DNA from: Candidatus Levyibacteriota bacterium | GTDB lineage: Bacteria > Patescibacteriota > Microgenomatia > Levybacterales > UBA12049 | Length of the DNA: 64,000 nucleotides | Reading direction: 5' to 3' | NCBI GenBank assembly: GCA_027459725.1 | Contig: DAIDHK010000001.1 | Location: 67,411 to 131,410 of the forward strand | Part shown: positions 21,462 to 31,426 of the stretch, in pieces | Numbering within the stretch: position 1 is the stretch's first letter | Layout: each line of letters begins with the position of its first letter | The notes under the pieces: generated by a model | The model's database searches: none | The model's input: only the letters and a program-made list of their open reading frames with translations | Told to the model about the DNA's origin: nothing | Made by a program: the position numbers and the translations under genes

Positions 21462-21634
21462 GAGGCCATTCTAGGTTTTCCCCTATATTACTTTATAAAT
21501 ATTATTTTTAAGCAAATAAATAAAAAATATCCCACAACTATTAAATTACAAACTATTTTTTAATAAATTTATGCTAGTTACCGGTTATTGAGGTATTCAC
21601 TTACCATCAATATTCTATATACTCCTTACCTGCA

Positions 21635-21643
21635 TGTTATAAT
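21635..21643 (+). promoter_or_regulatory. extended -10 promoter (TGtTATAAT) for alaS; near-leaderless transcript
   Basis: 'catgTGtTATAATacataagtatattATG': TATAAT at 21638-21643 with TG at -15/-14. The ATG at 21657 is only about 7 nt from the predicted TSS, and no SD is visible. Confidence 0.35.
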
Positions 21644-21656
21644 ACATAAGTATATT

Positions 21657-23501
21657 ATGACAGCTGCAGAATTACTCAACAAATATATTAAATTTTTTGA
21701 GGATAGAGGGCATAAAAGAATTGCCGGAGCACCTTTAATTCCGCAAAATGATCCCACCACTCTTTTCACTAGTTCGGGTATGCAGCCCCTCATACCATAT
21801 TTAATGGGTGAAATACATCCGGAAGGAACTAGACTAGTTGATGCACAAAACAGCTTCCGGGCAGTAGATATTGAGGAAATTGGCGACAATCGTCATACTA
21901 CTTTTTTCAGAATGCTGGGTAACTGGAGTCTGGGTGATTACTTTAAAAAAGAAGAAATCCCCTGGCTGTATGAATTCCTGACTAATCAACAAAGTGGTCT
22001 TGGCATTGATCCGACTAAACTGCATTTTACTGTTTTTAAAGGCTTTGAGGACATCCCACAGGATAACGAGGCGTATCAAATCTGGGAAGAAGTATTGCAA
22101 AAAGCTGGAGTAGAAAACTATAAAAATCGCTTACACTGGTATGGAGTAGAGAAAAACTGGTGGTCGCGTGCAGGAACACCCGACAAAATGCCAGCAGGTG
22201 AAATTGGTGGACCGGACACTGAGGTTTTTTATGATTTCGGCGATGAAACAGTTCATAAAAAAAGTCAGTGGGGTAAGCAACCCTGCCATGTGAATTGTGA
22301 CTGCGGTCGCTATTTAGAAATTGCCAATAGTGTTTTCATGCAATATAAAAAAACAGCCGATGGGAAATTCGAGAAGCTTCCCAAACAGAATGTCGACTTT
22401 GGCGGAGGACTAGAAAGACTTCTAGGAGCAGTCGAGGGGCAAATAGATATGTTTCAAACTTCCCTGTTTAAACCTACTATTGACATCATTGAGCGGCAAA
22501 CGGACAAAGACTATCAAACATATAAATCATCTTTCCGAATTATTGCTGATCACCTGGGTGCGAGCTGCTTAATTATCGTAAATGGTATTAAGCCTGCCAA
22601 TAAAGATCAAGGTTATATCCTGCGACGTTTACTAAGAAGAGCTTTTGATAATTTTAATTTATTGGGTGGAAAAGATATATTACCTGTTCTGGAAACGATT
22701 GTTGATCAATATGCAGAAACTGACCCTATTGTTAAAGTACAGTATGAAGAAATTAAAAATACTATTTTAGAAGAAATGCAAAAGTATGAACGAACTAGAC
22801 ACGAAGCAACGAGGTTCATTGAGAAGAAATACCAACAACCTTTACACGATGGAGATACCAGAGAAATTTCTGCTGATGATGCGTTTGTATTATATACCAC
22901 GCATGGTCTCTCACCCACCCAGATTAAAAGCCTGGGTTATTCTTTTGACAACAAAATTTTTGCACATAAAATGGAAGAGCACCAAAAACTCTCCCGTTCC
23001 GGAGCTGAGAAAAAATTCCGTGGAGGACTGGCTGATCATAGCGAAAAAACTATCATGGGTCACACGGCCACTCACTTAATGCACCAAGCCTTGCGCGATG
23101 TACTTGGTAATCAGGTTCATCAATCAGGTTCTAATATCACCAGTGAGAGAATCCGTTTTGATTTTAACTTTGATAGAAAACTCACAGAAGATGAAATTAA
23201 ACATGTCGAAGAGATAGTGAATGGTAAAATAACCGAGAATTTACCGGTACACTTTGAACTCATTCCTACCCAAGAAGCCTACAAAATGGGAGCAATTGGT
23301 CTGTTTATGGAAACATATAGTGAAAAATCCAAAATCTATTTCATTGGTGACATATCTAAAAACTATAAAGACGCTTACTCAATTGAATTTTGCGGAGGGC
23401 CACATGTTGATTTTACAGGAGTCTTAAAATCGTTTAAGATAATAAAGCAGGAGAACCTTGGTGCAAACCTTAAACGTCTCTATGCGATAGTAGGAAAATA
23501 A
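21657..23501 (+). CDS. alaS: alanyl-tRNA synthetase, short form (catalytic + editing domains, no C-Ala domain)
   Basis: 'FFEDRGHKRIAGAPLIPQNDPTTLFTSSGM...FRAVDIEEIGDNRHTTFFRMLGNWSLGDYFK' is the AlaRS catalytic core. The editing domain carries 'HTATHLMHQALRDVLG'. Start taken at the internal 'MTAAELLNKY' (21657). Confidence 0.9.
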   Translation: MTAAELLNKYIKFFEDRGHKRIAGAPLIPQNDPTTLFTSSGMQPLIPYLMGEIHPEGTRLVDAQNSFRAVDIEEIGDNRHTTFFRMLGNWSLGDYFKKEEIPWLYEFLTNQQSGLGIDPTKLHFTVFKGFEDIPQDNEAYQIWEEVLQKAGVENYKNRLHWYGVEKNWWSRAGTPDKMPAGEIGGPDTEVFYDFGDETVHKKSQWGKQPCHVNCDCGRYLEIANSVFMQYKKTADGKFEKLPKQNVDFGGGLERLLGAVEGQIDMFQTSLFKPTIDIIERQTDKDYQTYKSSFRIIADHLGASCLIIVNGIKPANKDQGYILRRLLRRAFDNFNLLGGKDILPVLETIVDQYAETDPIVKVQYEEIKNTILEEMQKYERTRHEATRFIEKKYQQPLHDGDTREISADDAFVLYTTHGLSPTQIKSLGYSFDNKIFAHKMEEHQKLSRSGAEKKFRGGLADHSEKTIMGHTATHLMHQALRDVLGNQVHQSGSNITSERIRFDFNFDRKLTEDEIKHVEEIVNGKITENLPVHFELIPTQEAYKMGAIGLFMETYSEKSKIYFIGDISKNYKDAYSIEFCGGPHVDFTGVLKSFKIIKQENLGANLKRLYAIVGK

Positions 23502-23555
23502 GAAGCAAGATACAGCCAAGTCTTTATCTATGACCTATTCCTATAATCTAATTTT

Positions 23556-25994
23556 ATGAACCTGCCATTTTTTTCAAAGGCAAATAAAAAAACGGAAATA
23601 AGTTATTTTTTAGCCCTTACGTTACGAGATGAACAGATAGGAGCATATGTCCTCAAAGAAGAAGCAGGGAAATTGCACTTAGTAGGCAAGGGTGAAGAAA
23701 TCCTTGACAAATCTATTGAGCAATTAGACTTGAAAAATCAAATTGATATTTTAGACCGCATTATTAGTCAGGCAGAGAGTTCTTTACCCAAAAATGTTAT
23801 GACCCGCAAAACAATGTTTGGGGTCAAAGAAAGTTGGGTCGAAGATAACAAAATAAAAGCTGATTATCTGCATAAGCTCAAACAGATTTGCGATGAACTG
23901 GGCTTACAACCAACTGGGTTTTTAGTAATATCAGAAGCTATTGCGCATCGTTTGCAACAGGAGGAAGGAGCTCCTCTTACTGCCATCCTGGTGGAGATCG
24001 GAAAGAGTCAAATGACCGTTTCACATATTAAAGCAGGTAAGATCCTGGAAACCAAACATACCATAATCATTGAGTCTGCTATTCTGACACTAGATGCTTT
24101 GCTTAAACATTTCATTACCACTACAGTATTACCTACCAGAATCATTTTATTTGACGGTAATAACACTGCTAATTTAACCCAGGAATTTATAGCACATCAA
24201 TGGAGCAAGAGTCTGCCTTTTTTACACATGCCCCAGATTACACCTCTACCTCATGGTTTTGATGCACGCTCGGTTATTCTAGGAGCAGCTGAACAGATGG
24301 GGCTGCAGGTGTCCAGTGATATTAATATGGCTGGATTACCTGAGAAATCAGTTGAATCTAATCCTCCATTCATGGAGAATTTACAACCCGTCACCCCAAT
24401 AATGGACGCTACACCAAATAATCCAGAAGAGCAAGGTGAAGCTGAACCACCAGCTGAAGAATCAACAGAAACAATGGCTCGTGAGTTCGAGAAAAGGTTA
24501 AATGCCAGACTCAGTCCAGACGAGGAAAAAGACCTATCTTCAGTCGATGAAAGTAATGTAACTACTGCCGAAGAGTTTGGTTTTGTCAAAGGAGTCGATA
24601 TTTCAACTTTGCCGCATAAAGAACCACCCATCATGACAGAACATCATAGGCATGAAGAGAATGACATTATTTCGACAGAAGCCATTACAGATTATAGTAG
24701 TGACTACACAAACCATAACTTTAACCAACAGGAAGAACATATAAAACCAAAGCAAAAATTTTCATTGACCAATATGTCTTTCTTATCCGGCAGCATAAAT
24801 AAACTTTTACAGAAATTATTTATGAGTAGCTCTGACTCTCAATCTGATTCTAAAATCCCCCGCTGGATGATTATTGTACCCATTGTCTTACTATTAATAG
24901 TAGCTGGAATTGTATGGTATATTTTTAATGTTAAAGCAACTGTGAATCTTACCTTAAAACCAAAAATAGTTGAAGAACAGGGGAATATTACTTTTGCTCT
25001 CGGCTCTGGCAATGACTTTTCCAATAATACACTTGCGGCTTCGGATGTATCAGTTGACTTAAACGGCACTGCCAGTACGACTGCTACCGGCAGTAAAGCA
25101 GTAGGTTCCCCAGCCAAAGGTACTGTCACCATATATAACAACTCAAATAGTCCGGAGACATTAGCAGCAGGAACAACGATAACTTCCACGAATAATCTTG
25201 TCTTTACATTCGATAATAATGTGACTGTTGCTTCGGCCTCAGGAGATCAGTTTACGGGAACAAAACCAGGTACCGCCGATGTTAACGTAACTGCCAAAGA
25301 TATCGGCCAGCAGTACAATCTTCCTTCCGGCACCGTATTTTCTATTAATGCCGGTAATTCAGTAGCTGCCAAGAATAATAGTGCATTCAGTGGAGGAAGC
25401 AAACAGACAGTCACTGTAGTATCCCAGGCTGATATCAATAAACTGCTTAGCTCTTTACCTCAAAGTCTGCAGAACAAGGCTAAAAGCCAGCTACAAAGTC
25501 AGATATCCAGTGGACAGACACTTCTGCCTGGTATAACCAGTGATAATTTTAAATCCAAATCTTTTAATCACAATATAGGTGACCAGGCCAATTCAGTTAC
25601 GCTAACTGGTACAGTTACTTTCCATGGAGCAGCATATAATAATCAGGATTTACAGAATCTGGCAAAAACCATGTTAAAAGATAAATTTACAGGTAACTCT
25701 TCTTTGTCAGATAAAGGAATTAGTGCTAATATCAGTAACTTGCAACCTTCATCTGACGGCAAAACTATTGGAGCCACAATCGACTTGCAAGCCGGGCTTC
25801 TACCAAACATTGATACATCAAGTCTAATCTCTCAGGTGAGGGGTAAGACTGCCGCTCAGGCTACTCAGGTGTTAGACGGTATACCTCAGATTGAATCAAG
25901 TTCTATCAATCTAAGTCCTAATATACCTCTGATCCCGAAAATTTTACCGCGTTTTTCCAACCACATCACAATCAAGATCAACAGTAATGGCTAA
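23556..25994 (+). CDS. bitopic membrane protein: N-terminal cytoplasmic FtsA/PilM-like actin-fold domain, acidic linker, single TM, large Ser/Thr/Asn-rich extracellular domain
   Basis: The N-terminal ~260 aa align by eye to FtsA ('ISYFLALTLRDEQIGAYVLKEEAGKLHLVGKGEE' vs 'VVGLEIGTAKVAALVGEV...'; 'LTAILVEIGKSQMTVSHIKAGKI' vs 'VCVVDIGGGTMDIAVYTGG'). TM 'WMIIVPIVLLLIVAGIVWYIF' near residue 430; the ~370 aa after it are low-complexity, beta-rich ectodomain. Confidence 0.5.
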   Translation: MNLPFFSKANKKTEISYFLALTLRDEQIGAYVLKEEAGKLHLVGKGEEILDKSIEQLDLKNQIDILDRIISQAESSLPKNVMTRKTMFGVKESWVEDNKIKADYLHKLKQICDELGLQPTGFLVISEAIAHRLQQEEGAPLTAILVEIGKSQMTVSHIKAGKILETKHTIIIESAILTLDALLKHFITTTVLPTRIILFDGNNTANLTQEFIAHQWSKSLPFLHMPQITPLPHGFDARSVILGAAEQMGLQVSSDINMAGLPEKSVESNPPFMENLQPVTPIMDATPNNPEEQGEAEPPAEESTETMAREFEKRLNARLSPDEEKDLSSVDESNVTTAEEFGFVKGVDISTLPHKEPPIMTEHHRHEENDIISTEAITDYSSDYTNHNFNQQEEHIKPKQKFSLTNMSFLSGSINKLLQKLFMSSSDSQSDSKIPRWMIIVPIVLLLIVAGIVWYIFNVKATVNLTLKPKIVEEQGNITFALGSGNDFSNNTLAASDVSVDLNGTASTTATGSKAVGSPAKGTVTIYNNSNSPETLAAGTTITSTNNLVFTFDNNVTVASASGDQFTGTKPGTADVNVTAKDIGQQYNLPSGTVFSINAGNSVAAKNNSAFSGGSKQTVTVVSQADINKLLSSLPQSLQNKAKSQLQSQISSGQTLLPGITSDNFKSKSFNHNIGDQANSVTLTGTVTFHGAAYNNQDLQNLAKTMLKDKFTGNSSLSDKGISANISNLQPSSDGKTIGATIDLQAGLLPNIDTSSLISQVRGKTAAQATQVLDGIPQIESSSINLSPNIPLIPKILPRFSNHITIKINSNG

Positions 25995-26739
25995 TAAATA
26001 TTACTACCATAAAAGAGATATTCAAAAGATCAGGGAAATTGTTCGTTATATCGGCTTAACGATATTTCTGATTGGAATTTTTGGTCTGTTGTATGTCTTT
26101 TTCCCTTTAGTTTCGTGGCAGGTCTACCTGGTTCCCCAGTTAGCTGCACAAGACGTTGTTTCACCTATTCCTGACCAATCAGTGTTATCCTCCTCTTCAG
26201 TAGGTTCTCTGATACAGGATTCTATCAAAGATATCGGAGTAAATTATTCCAATGCAAACAACTGGTTTCCCGGTTATACTCCTGAGTCATCTAATAAATC
26301 ATCCTCAATTCATATTTTCTATCTCTCAATTCCCACCCTCGGGATTTATCACGCTACTGTAAGCAACGCTGATAATGATTTAGATCACCACCTGGTAAAT
26401 TTCGCCGGCACTGCTTCTCCTCCTGAAAAAGGTAATACGGTTATTTTTGGACACTCTACTCTACCACAATGGTTTGATCCTCATAATTACAAAGCAATTT
26501 TTGCAACTGCCTTAAACTTAAAAGTGGGTGATAAAATTATTGCTACGGTTAACGGAGCAGATTATACTTACGTAATAGATAATATCAGCATTGTGAATGC
26601 CGATGACTATACCCCTCTGGAGCAGCAGTATAATGATAGCTATATGACGATTATTACCTGTACGCCTCCAGGTACAACCTGGAAACGTCTGGTGATACAT
26701 TCCCGTCTTGCAAAACTCACGGGTAGTTCTCTACAATAG
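25987..26739 (+). CDS. sortase (class A/E-like transpeptidase), N-terminal membrane anchor
   Basis: Catalytic triad context: His in 'TVIFGHSTL', Cys in the TLxTC-like 'MTIITCTPPG', and Arg in 'KRLVIHSRL'. N-terminal TM 'IGLTIFLIGIFGLLYVFF'. Start overlaps the upstream gene by 8 nt. Confidence 0.8.
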   Translation: MANKYYYHKRDIQKIREIVRYIGLTIFLIGIFGLLYVFFPLVSWQVYLVPQLAAQDVVSPIPDQSVLSSSSVGSLIQDSIKDIGVNYSNANNWFPGYTPESSNKSSSIHIFYLSIPTLGIYHATVSNADNDLDHHLVNFAGTASPPEKGNTVIFGHSTLPQWFDPHNYKAIFATALNLKVGDKIIATVNGADYTYVIDNISIVNADDYTPLEQQYNDSYMTIITCTPPGTTWKRLVIHSRLAKLTGSSLQ

Positions 26740-27009
26740 ACACATAAGTAGTAAGCTTTTGCAAAATAAATTATGAATCCCAATACGACAACCCGCTTTC
26801 AAGCTGTTATGAAACAGATCTGGCCAACTATTTATAGAATAATCAATAATACTTTATATTTTTTAATTGACATTATTCGGTCTGGTGTAAAAATTGCCAT
26901 CGAACAGATTAAAAACGGGGGTGCATAACCGTGATCCAGAAAGAAGTGTTAACTGTAAAGAAAAATAAAACTTTTTCTTCCCGCTTAACTCTTACTCTTT
27001 CCTTTTTAT

Positions 27010-28293
27010 TTGTATATGGATGAAAAAGAATTGGCTCTAGAGGCTATCAGAAAAAAGTTAGTCGGCAAAAAACTCACCTATAAAGAGATTTATGCGGTTA
27101 TGGATGAAATTTCACATAAACGCTTTAGTACTGTTCTGACTACTTACTTTACCGCATCGGGATATTCCAATGGATTTACCGATGAGGAAATTTTTTATCT
27201 GACTAAAGCTATGGTCGATACTGGTGAACAGTTGCACTTCAAAGGTATTGTTGCTGATAAACATTCCATTGGTGGTATTTCAGGTACCAGAACAACTATG
27301 ATTGTAGTACCTATTCTGGCCGCTGCAGGATTTACTATTCCTAAAAGCTCCAGCCGCGCTATAACAACTCCTGGAGGAACGGCTGATGACATGGAAGTTA
27401 TTGCACCGGTAATCTTTAATAAAGAACAAATCTATAAAATTGTGGAGAAAACCAATGGGTGTATAGTCTGGGGCGGCAGTGTTAATATTGCTCCAGCTGA
27501 TGACATTATTATCAAAGTAGAAGAACCATTAATGTTTGAAAGTTTCGATAAAATCCTGGTATCGATCATGGCGAAAAAAGTCGCGTTTGGTTCTAATCAT
27601 GTAGTGATAGACCTTCCTTACGGCAAACTGGTTAAGGTTCACTCATTGTCCGACGCAAACCTTCTGAAAAAAAAGTTTGAGACCCTTGCAGGCAAATTTA
27701 ACATTAAGATTAAAGTGATTGTGAGCGAGACTGACCAGCCGGCCGGCAGAGGTATCGGACCTTTACTTGAAGCCCGAGAGGCACTTAGAGTCCTCGAACA
27801 GCATAAAGACAGACCACTTGACTTGGAGGAAAGAGCTTTGATATTGGCTGGTAATTTACTCGATATATGTCTGGAAGACAGTAATCAGGAGCTCAGGGAA
27901 AAAGTAAAAGCTGAATTTGAAAATGGATATAACTGGGCTAAAAATTTATTATCCACACGTAAGGCGAGAAAAAAAATGGAGGAAATTATTAAAGCCCAGG
28001 GAGGAAATCAAGATTTGGTAAGTGAAGACTTAAAACCTGGGAAATATGTACACGAGATACTTTCACCTCATAAAGGTAAAATAGCTGAATTCCAAATTAT
28101 TAACAGTACTGTACTGGCCAAACTACTGGGAGCTCCCCACAGAAAAAGAGCAGGTATTTACCTACAGAAAAAGCTAGGTGAAAATGTTGATAAACATGAT
28201 ATATTATGTACACTATATAGTGATAGTCAAACAGATATGCATGAAGCAATAGAAACTTTAAATAACATGCCCTTGTACACGATAGATCATTAG
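27010..28293 (+). CDS. pyrimidine-nucleoside (thymidine/AMP) phosphorylase family protein
   Basis: 'DKHSIGGISGTRTTMIVVPILAAAGF...ITTPGGTADDME' matches the thymidine phosphorylase glycosyl-transferase family-3 core ('DKHSTGGVGD...GHTGGTLDKLE'). Confidence 0.8.
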   Translation: MYMDEKELALEAIRKKLVGKKLTYKEIYAVMDEISHKRFSTVLTTYFTASGYSNGFTDEEIFYLTKAMVDTGEQLHFKGIVADKHSIGGISGTRTTMIVVPILAAAGFTIPKSSSRAITTPGGTADDMEVIAPVIFNKEQIYKIVEKTNGCIVWGGSVNIAPADDIIIKVEEPLMFESFDKILVSIMAKKVAFGSNHVVIDLPYGKLVKVHSLSDANLLKKKFETLAGKFNIKIKVIVSETDQPAGRGIGPLLEAREALRVLEQHKDRPLDLEERALILAGNLLDICLEDSNQELREKVKAEFENGYNWAKNLLSTRKARKKMEEIIKAQGGNQDLVSEDLKPGKYVHEILSPHKGKIAEFQIINSTVLAKLLGAPHRKRAGIYLQKKLGENVDKHDILCTLYSDSQTDMHEAIETLNNMPLYTIDH

Positions 28294-28304
28294 ATTTTAC
28301 CAAC

Positions 28305-29288
28305 ATGCGTAGACAGAGATCTCAGTCATCTATGAATAAACTGGCAGTATTTTTGATTATTATTTTTTTAATTATTGGCGTGGCAGGATTTGTGTGGTGG
28401 GCACACGGTTCTTCAGCTCTTAATCCTAATGATAAGTCTTTCAAACTTTTTGTCGTTCAGTCAGGTGAGTCATTACGTGAAATTGCCAATTCACTACAGC
28501 AAAACAATTTAATTGTAGATACTAATGTCTTCAGTCTCATTGTTAAACAGAATAACTTAGAAAACAAGCTACAGGCTGGCGAGTTTAAACTATCTTCCAG
28601 TATGACTCCATTTGATATCGCACAAACTTTAACAAAGGGGAGTATTAATGTCTGGATTACTATTCCCGAAGGCAAAAGAGCTACGGAAATAGCCCAAGTT
28701 CTGAAGATGCATTTCCCCCAGTATACAGATCAGTGGCAGCAAAAATTGGTAGCGCAGGAAGGCTACTTATTCCCTGATACCTATCTTTTCCCCCAGGACG
28801 TCACTATAGATCAGATTATAAGCACTATGAAGGATAATTTTAATAAAAAATTTGATAGTGTACCTACAAATCCTGACAATCAATATACCGAAAAACAAAT
28901 CGTAACTGTTGCTTCTTTAGTGGAAAGAGAAGCCAAATATCCTGAAGATCGGCCACTAGTTGCATCTGTCATTTATAATCGCTTAAATTCAGGCATGCCT
29001 TTACAAATTGATGCCTCTATCCAATATGCTCTGGGTACCCAAGCAAACTGGTGGCCTGTTCTAACTGACAGCGGAGGCAATATTCTGCCAAATTCTCCAT
29101 ATAATACGTATACCCGGACTGGCCTCCCCCCAACTCCAATCTCCAACCCTGGGCTAAGCTCACTGGCTGCAGCTATCAAACCGGCCCAAACAAAATATTT
29201 TTATTATGTCTCAGACAAAAACGGGCATAATCACTACGAATCTACTCTTAAACAGCACAATGCAGATATAGTAAAATACGGGCTCTGA
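28305..29288 (+). CDS. mltG: endolytic murein transglycosylase MltG (YceG-like)
   Basis: N-terminal TM plus 'SPYNTYTRTGLPPTPISNPGLSSLAAAIKPAQTKYFYYV', the diagnostic YceG/MltG C-terminal motif. Confidence 0.85.
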   Translation: MRRQRSQSSMNKLAVFLIIIFLIIGVAGFVWWAHGSSALNPNDKSFKLFVVQSGESLREIANSLQQNNLIVDTNVFSLIVKQNNLENKLQAGEFKLSSSMTPFDIAQTLTKGSINVWITIPEGKRATEIAQVLKMHFPQYTDQWQQKLVAQEGYLFPDTYLFPQDVTIDQIISTMKDNFNKKFDSVPTNPDNQYTEKQIVTVASLVEREAKYPEDRPLVASVIYNRLNSGMPLQIDASIQYALGTQANWWPVLTDSGGNILPNSPYNTYTRTGLPPTPISNPGLSSLAAAIKPAQTKYFYYVSDKNGHNHYESTLKQHNADIVKYGL

Positions 29289-29969
29289 GGGGAAAGCTTA
29301 CCTCAGTTTAGTATAAGATGAATTTAGGTTACAGTTAGTTTAACTAAATCCGCACCTTATGAGGCAAAGAATGATTTTGAATAGACTGCACTGTTATTTC
29401 TACGGAAATCCGTTGCTTTATTCGATGTGGTTTTTGTATGATCCTGAATAGCCATCGCCACTGGTAAAGTATCGCCTCTTTATTCTCCCCTTTTTCCATA
29501 CTCATAAAGTCTCTAAACATTAATTGTGAAGCATTAGTAGTACCGTTTTGTTCATTTAATAAAAACATTCCATTTGCTCTAACTCTTTAATACTGTACGC
29601 GCAAACTAGAACTTCTAAAAATTTATTTATCTGTATAATGGAAGAAACATCTCTACCATCAATTCCCACAACTACCCATGGCGACTCGTTTTGTATAACG
29701 GATTAATAGCTAACATATTATTAGATCCAAAATTCTCAACACCATCAACTACTATACTATCAGCAGATGTTTCAAAATCAATAACTCTATCCATTAATCT
29801 ATTTTCTCCTCATTGAGTAATTTCGTAATACACCTGCTGCCACCGAAACTTTCTTATAAAACTCCTTAGTCCTAAATTGCGCTGCTCTGTGATCAGCATA
29901 CGAATTTACTTCTCTTCCCAGAGTGAGAAATTATATAGAAGTTAATAAAATAAAATAGTGTAATCTATT

Positions 29970-30356
29970 CTATTTTTTTGTGGCTTTTCTGAAGAACTTA
30001 TGACCTGAGGGCAAATGACGAACTGGATGGGTAACTTTCTCAACTGGAGTTTTTTCTTCAACAGCAGCCTTATCCGGCATTTCACTTTCCAACGGCTCGT
30101 CCATATCTTCTTCGGGATCTACTATTTCCCCATCTTCTTCCATGGCCCGAATAATATCCTCTACTTCATTAAATTTATTCATTCCTTCTTCTGTTAGAGT
30201 CTGCAAAATCTGCCTGCCTTTTTTGGTAGTAAACAAAAGTGTGATTAAAACTCCTACAACTAGACCAAGGACAAAACCGTTCAACGAAGAACCTGATCTG
30301 ATTTGTTGCACGGGAGGATATTCATTATTCTTCATGGTGTTTGTCTTTATGTTCAT
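29970..30356 (-). CDS. YtxH-like membrane-anchored protein
   Basis: 'LNGFVLGLVVGVLITLLFTTKKGRQILQTL' is the YtxH/DUF948-type motif, followed by an acidic tail. Possible true start at the internal Met. Confidence 0.4.
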   Translation of the reverse strand: MNIKTNTMKNNEYPPVQQIRSGSSLNGFVLGLVVGVLITLLFTTKKGRQILQTLTEEGMNKFNEVEDIIRAMEEDGEIVDPEEDMDEPLESEMPDKAAVEEKTPVEKVTHPVRHLPSGHKFFRKATKK

Positions 30357-30621
30357 CTCTTTTCAAAAAAGTCTTAATAATTTTTGCCACAGCCATAAAT
30401 GATCCTGAACTAACCAGCCCGCTTATACCGCCCAAAGAAGATAAGGGTTTAGAAACAGCATCTGCAATTGTATCGGCAGTGTCTAAGACTTTATTAGCTT
30501 TGAAAAGTGTATGTCTAACCTCTCGAAGAATAAAGAAGACCTGAACTCCTAATACAACGAGCAATAGAGTTAAAACTATAATTACAAACAGAAGAACAAG
30601 CTGGACAGAGTCTATGTTCAT
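30325..30621 (-). CDS. DUF948-like small membrane protein
   Basis: Single N-terminal TM plus a helical domain; commonly paired with YtxH-like proteins. Confidence 0.4.
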   Translation of the reverse strand: MNIDSVQLVLLFVIIVLTLLLVVLGVQVFFILREVRHTLFKANKVLDTADTIADAVSKPLSSLGGISGLVSSGSFMAVAKIIKTFLKRDEHKDKHHEE

Positions 30622-30702
30622 ATATCTAATTTACTAGGAATTGAGCTCAGTGTCAATATAACAAAACCCAACACTACTATAGTGCAAGAAGGATGCAGCC
30701 AT

Positions 30703-31329
30703 CTACCTGACTTCCACGGTACGATTGACGATAGTAGTTTTTCCATAATGATTCTGCGCAGTAATTTCAATCTGAGTAGCACCTGGCAGTAACGATAAAT
30801 CTTTGAAAAAATTTCCATTCTGATCCACTGTCACCATTTCCCCATTTACCATTACTAAATCGCTGGGATCTGTTGTCCCTTTAACTTCAATATTATCAGG
30901 AACGATCGCGTTGTTTGTCGGACTGCTCACCTGCAAAGGGGGACTAAGAAAAACAGACCTGTATTGAAATATTAAATAACTTAATAAAAATAATGAGATC
31001 ACTATTAAAACTATACTTGAGCGCTGGATGCGTAAAGTTTTATGTTTATACTTCTCTCCTGCAAAACTATCAGGGAGAACTTTAGTAGATTTTTTCGGAT
31101 CGAATTCACGATGAAACAAGGCTAATGCCTCACGTCGGGGAATACCCAGATAAGATGCATAATTGGTCACAAACCCCTGTGCGTAAGTGGCAGATGGTAA
31201 TTTTGCGTATTCATCCTGTTCAATAGCGGAAAGAAAAGCCGGACGGATTTTGGTGGCAGACGATACATCCTCCAGAGATAAACCTTTCCTTCTTCTCTCT
31301 TCTGATAATAATTGTCCTAAATGCACCAT
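30703..31329 (-). CDS. rodZ: RodZ-like cytoskeleton protein (XRE HTH + TM + C-terminal beta domain)
   Basis: 'LGQLLSEERRRKGLSLEDVSSATKIRPAFLSAIEQDEY' HTH; central TM 'IVLIVISLFLLSYLIF'; C-terminal DUF4115-like domain. Confidence 0.6.
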   Translation of the reverse strand: MVHLGQLLSEERRRKGLSLEDVSSATKIRPAFLSAIEQDEYAKLPSATYAQGFVTNYASYLGIPRREALALFHREFDPKKSTKVLPDSFAGEKYKHKTLRIQRSSIVLIVISLFLLSYLIFQYRSVFLSPPLQVSSPTNNAIVPDNIEVKGTTDPSDLVMVNGEMVTVDQNGNFFKDLSLLPGATQIEITAQNHYGKTTIVNRTVEVR

Positions 31330-31426
31330 AAATTATGGATATTGAATTATGTAATATGAGTTATGAATAATCAAGTAGAATATTAATTTTTACTTTTTTT
31401 CACACTACTTATTACATAATACTGCG

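Noticed and set aside
27010-28293. Calling the phosphorylase an archaeal-type AMP phosphorylase (RuBisCO-III salvage pathway)
   Set aside because: Length (427 aa) fits thymidine/pyrimidine-nucleoside phosphorylase better than the ~500-aa AMP phosphorylases. No RuBisCO or R15P isomerase nearby. Left as a family-level call.
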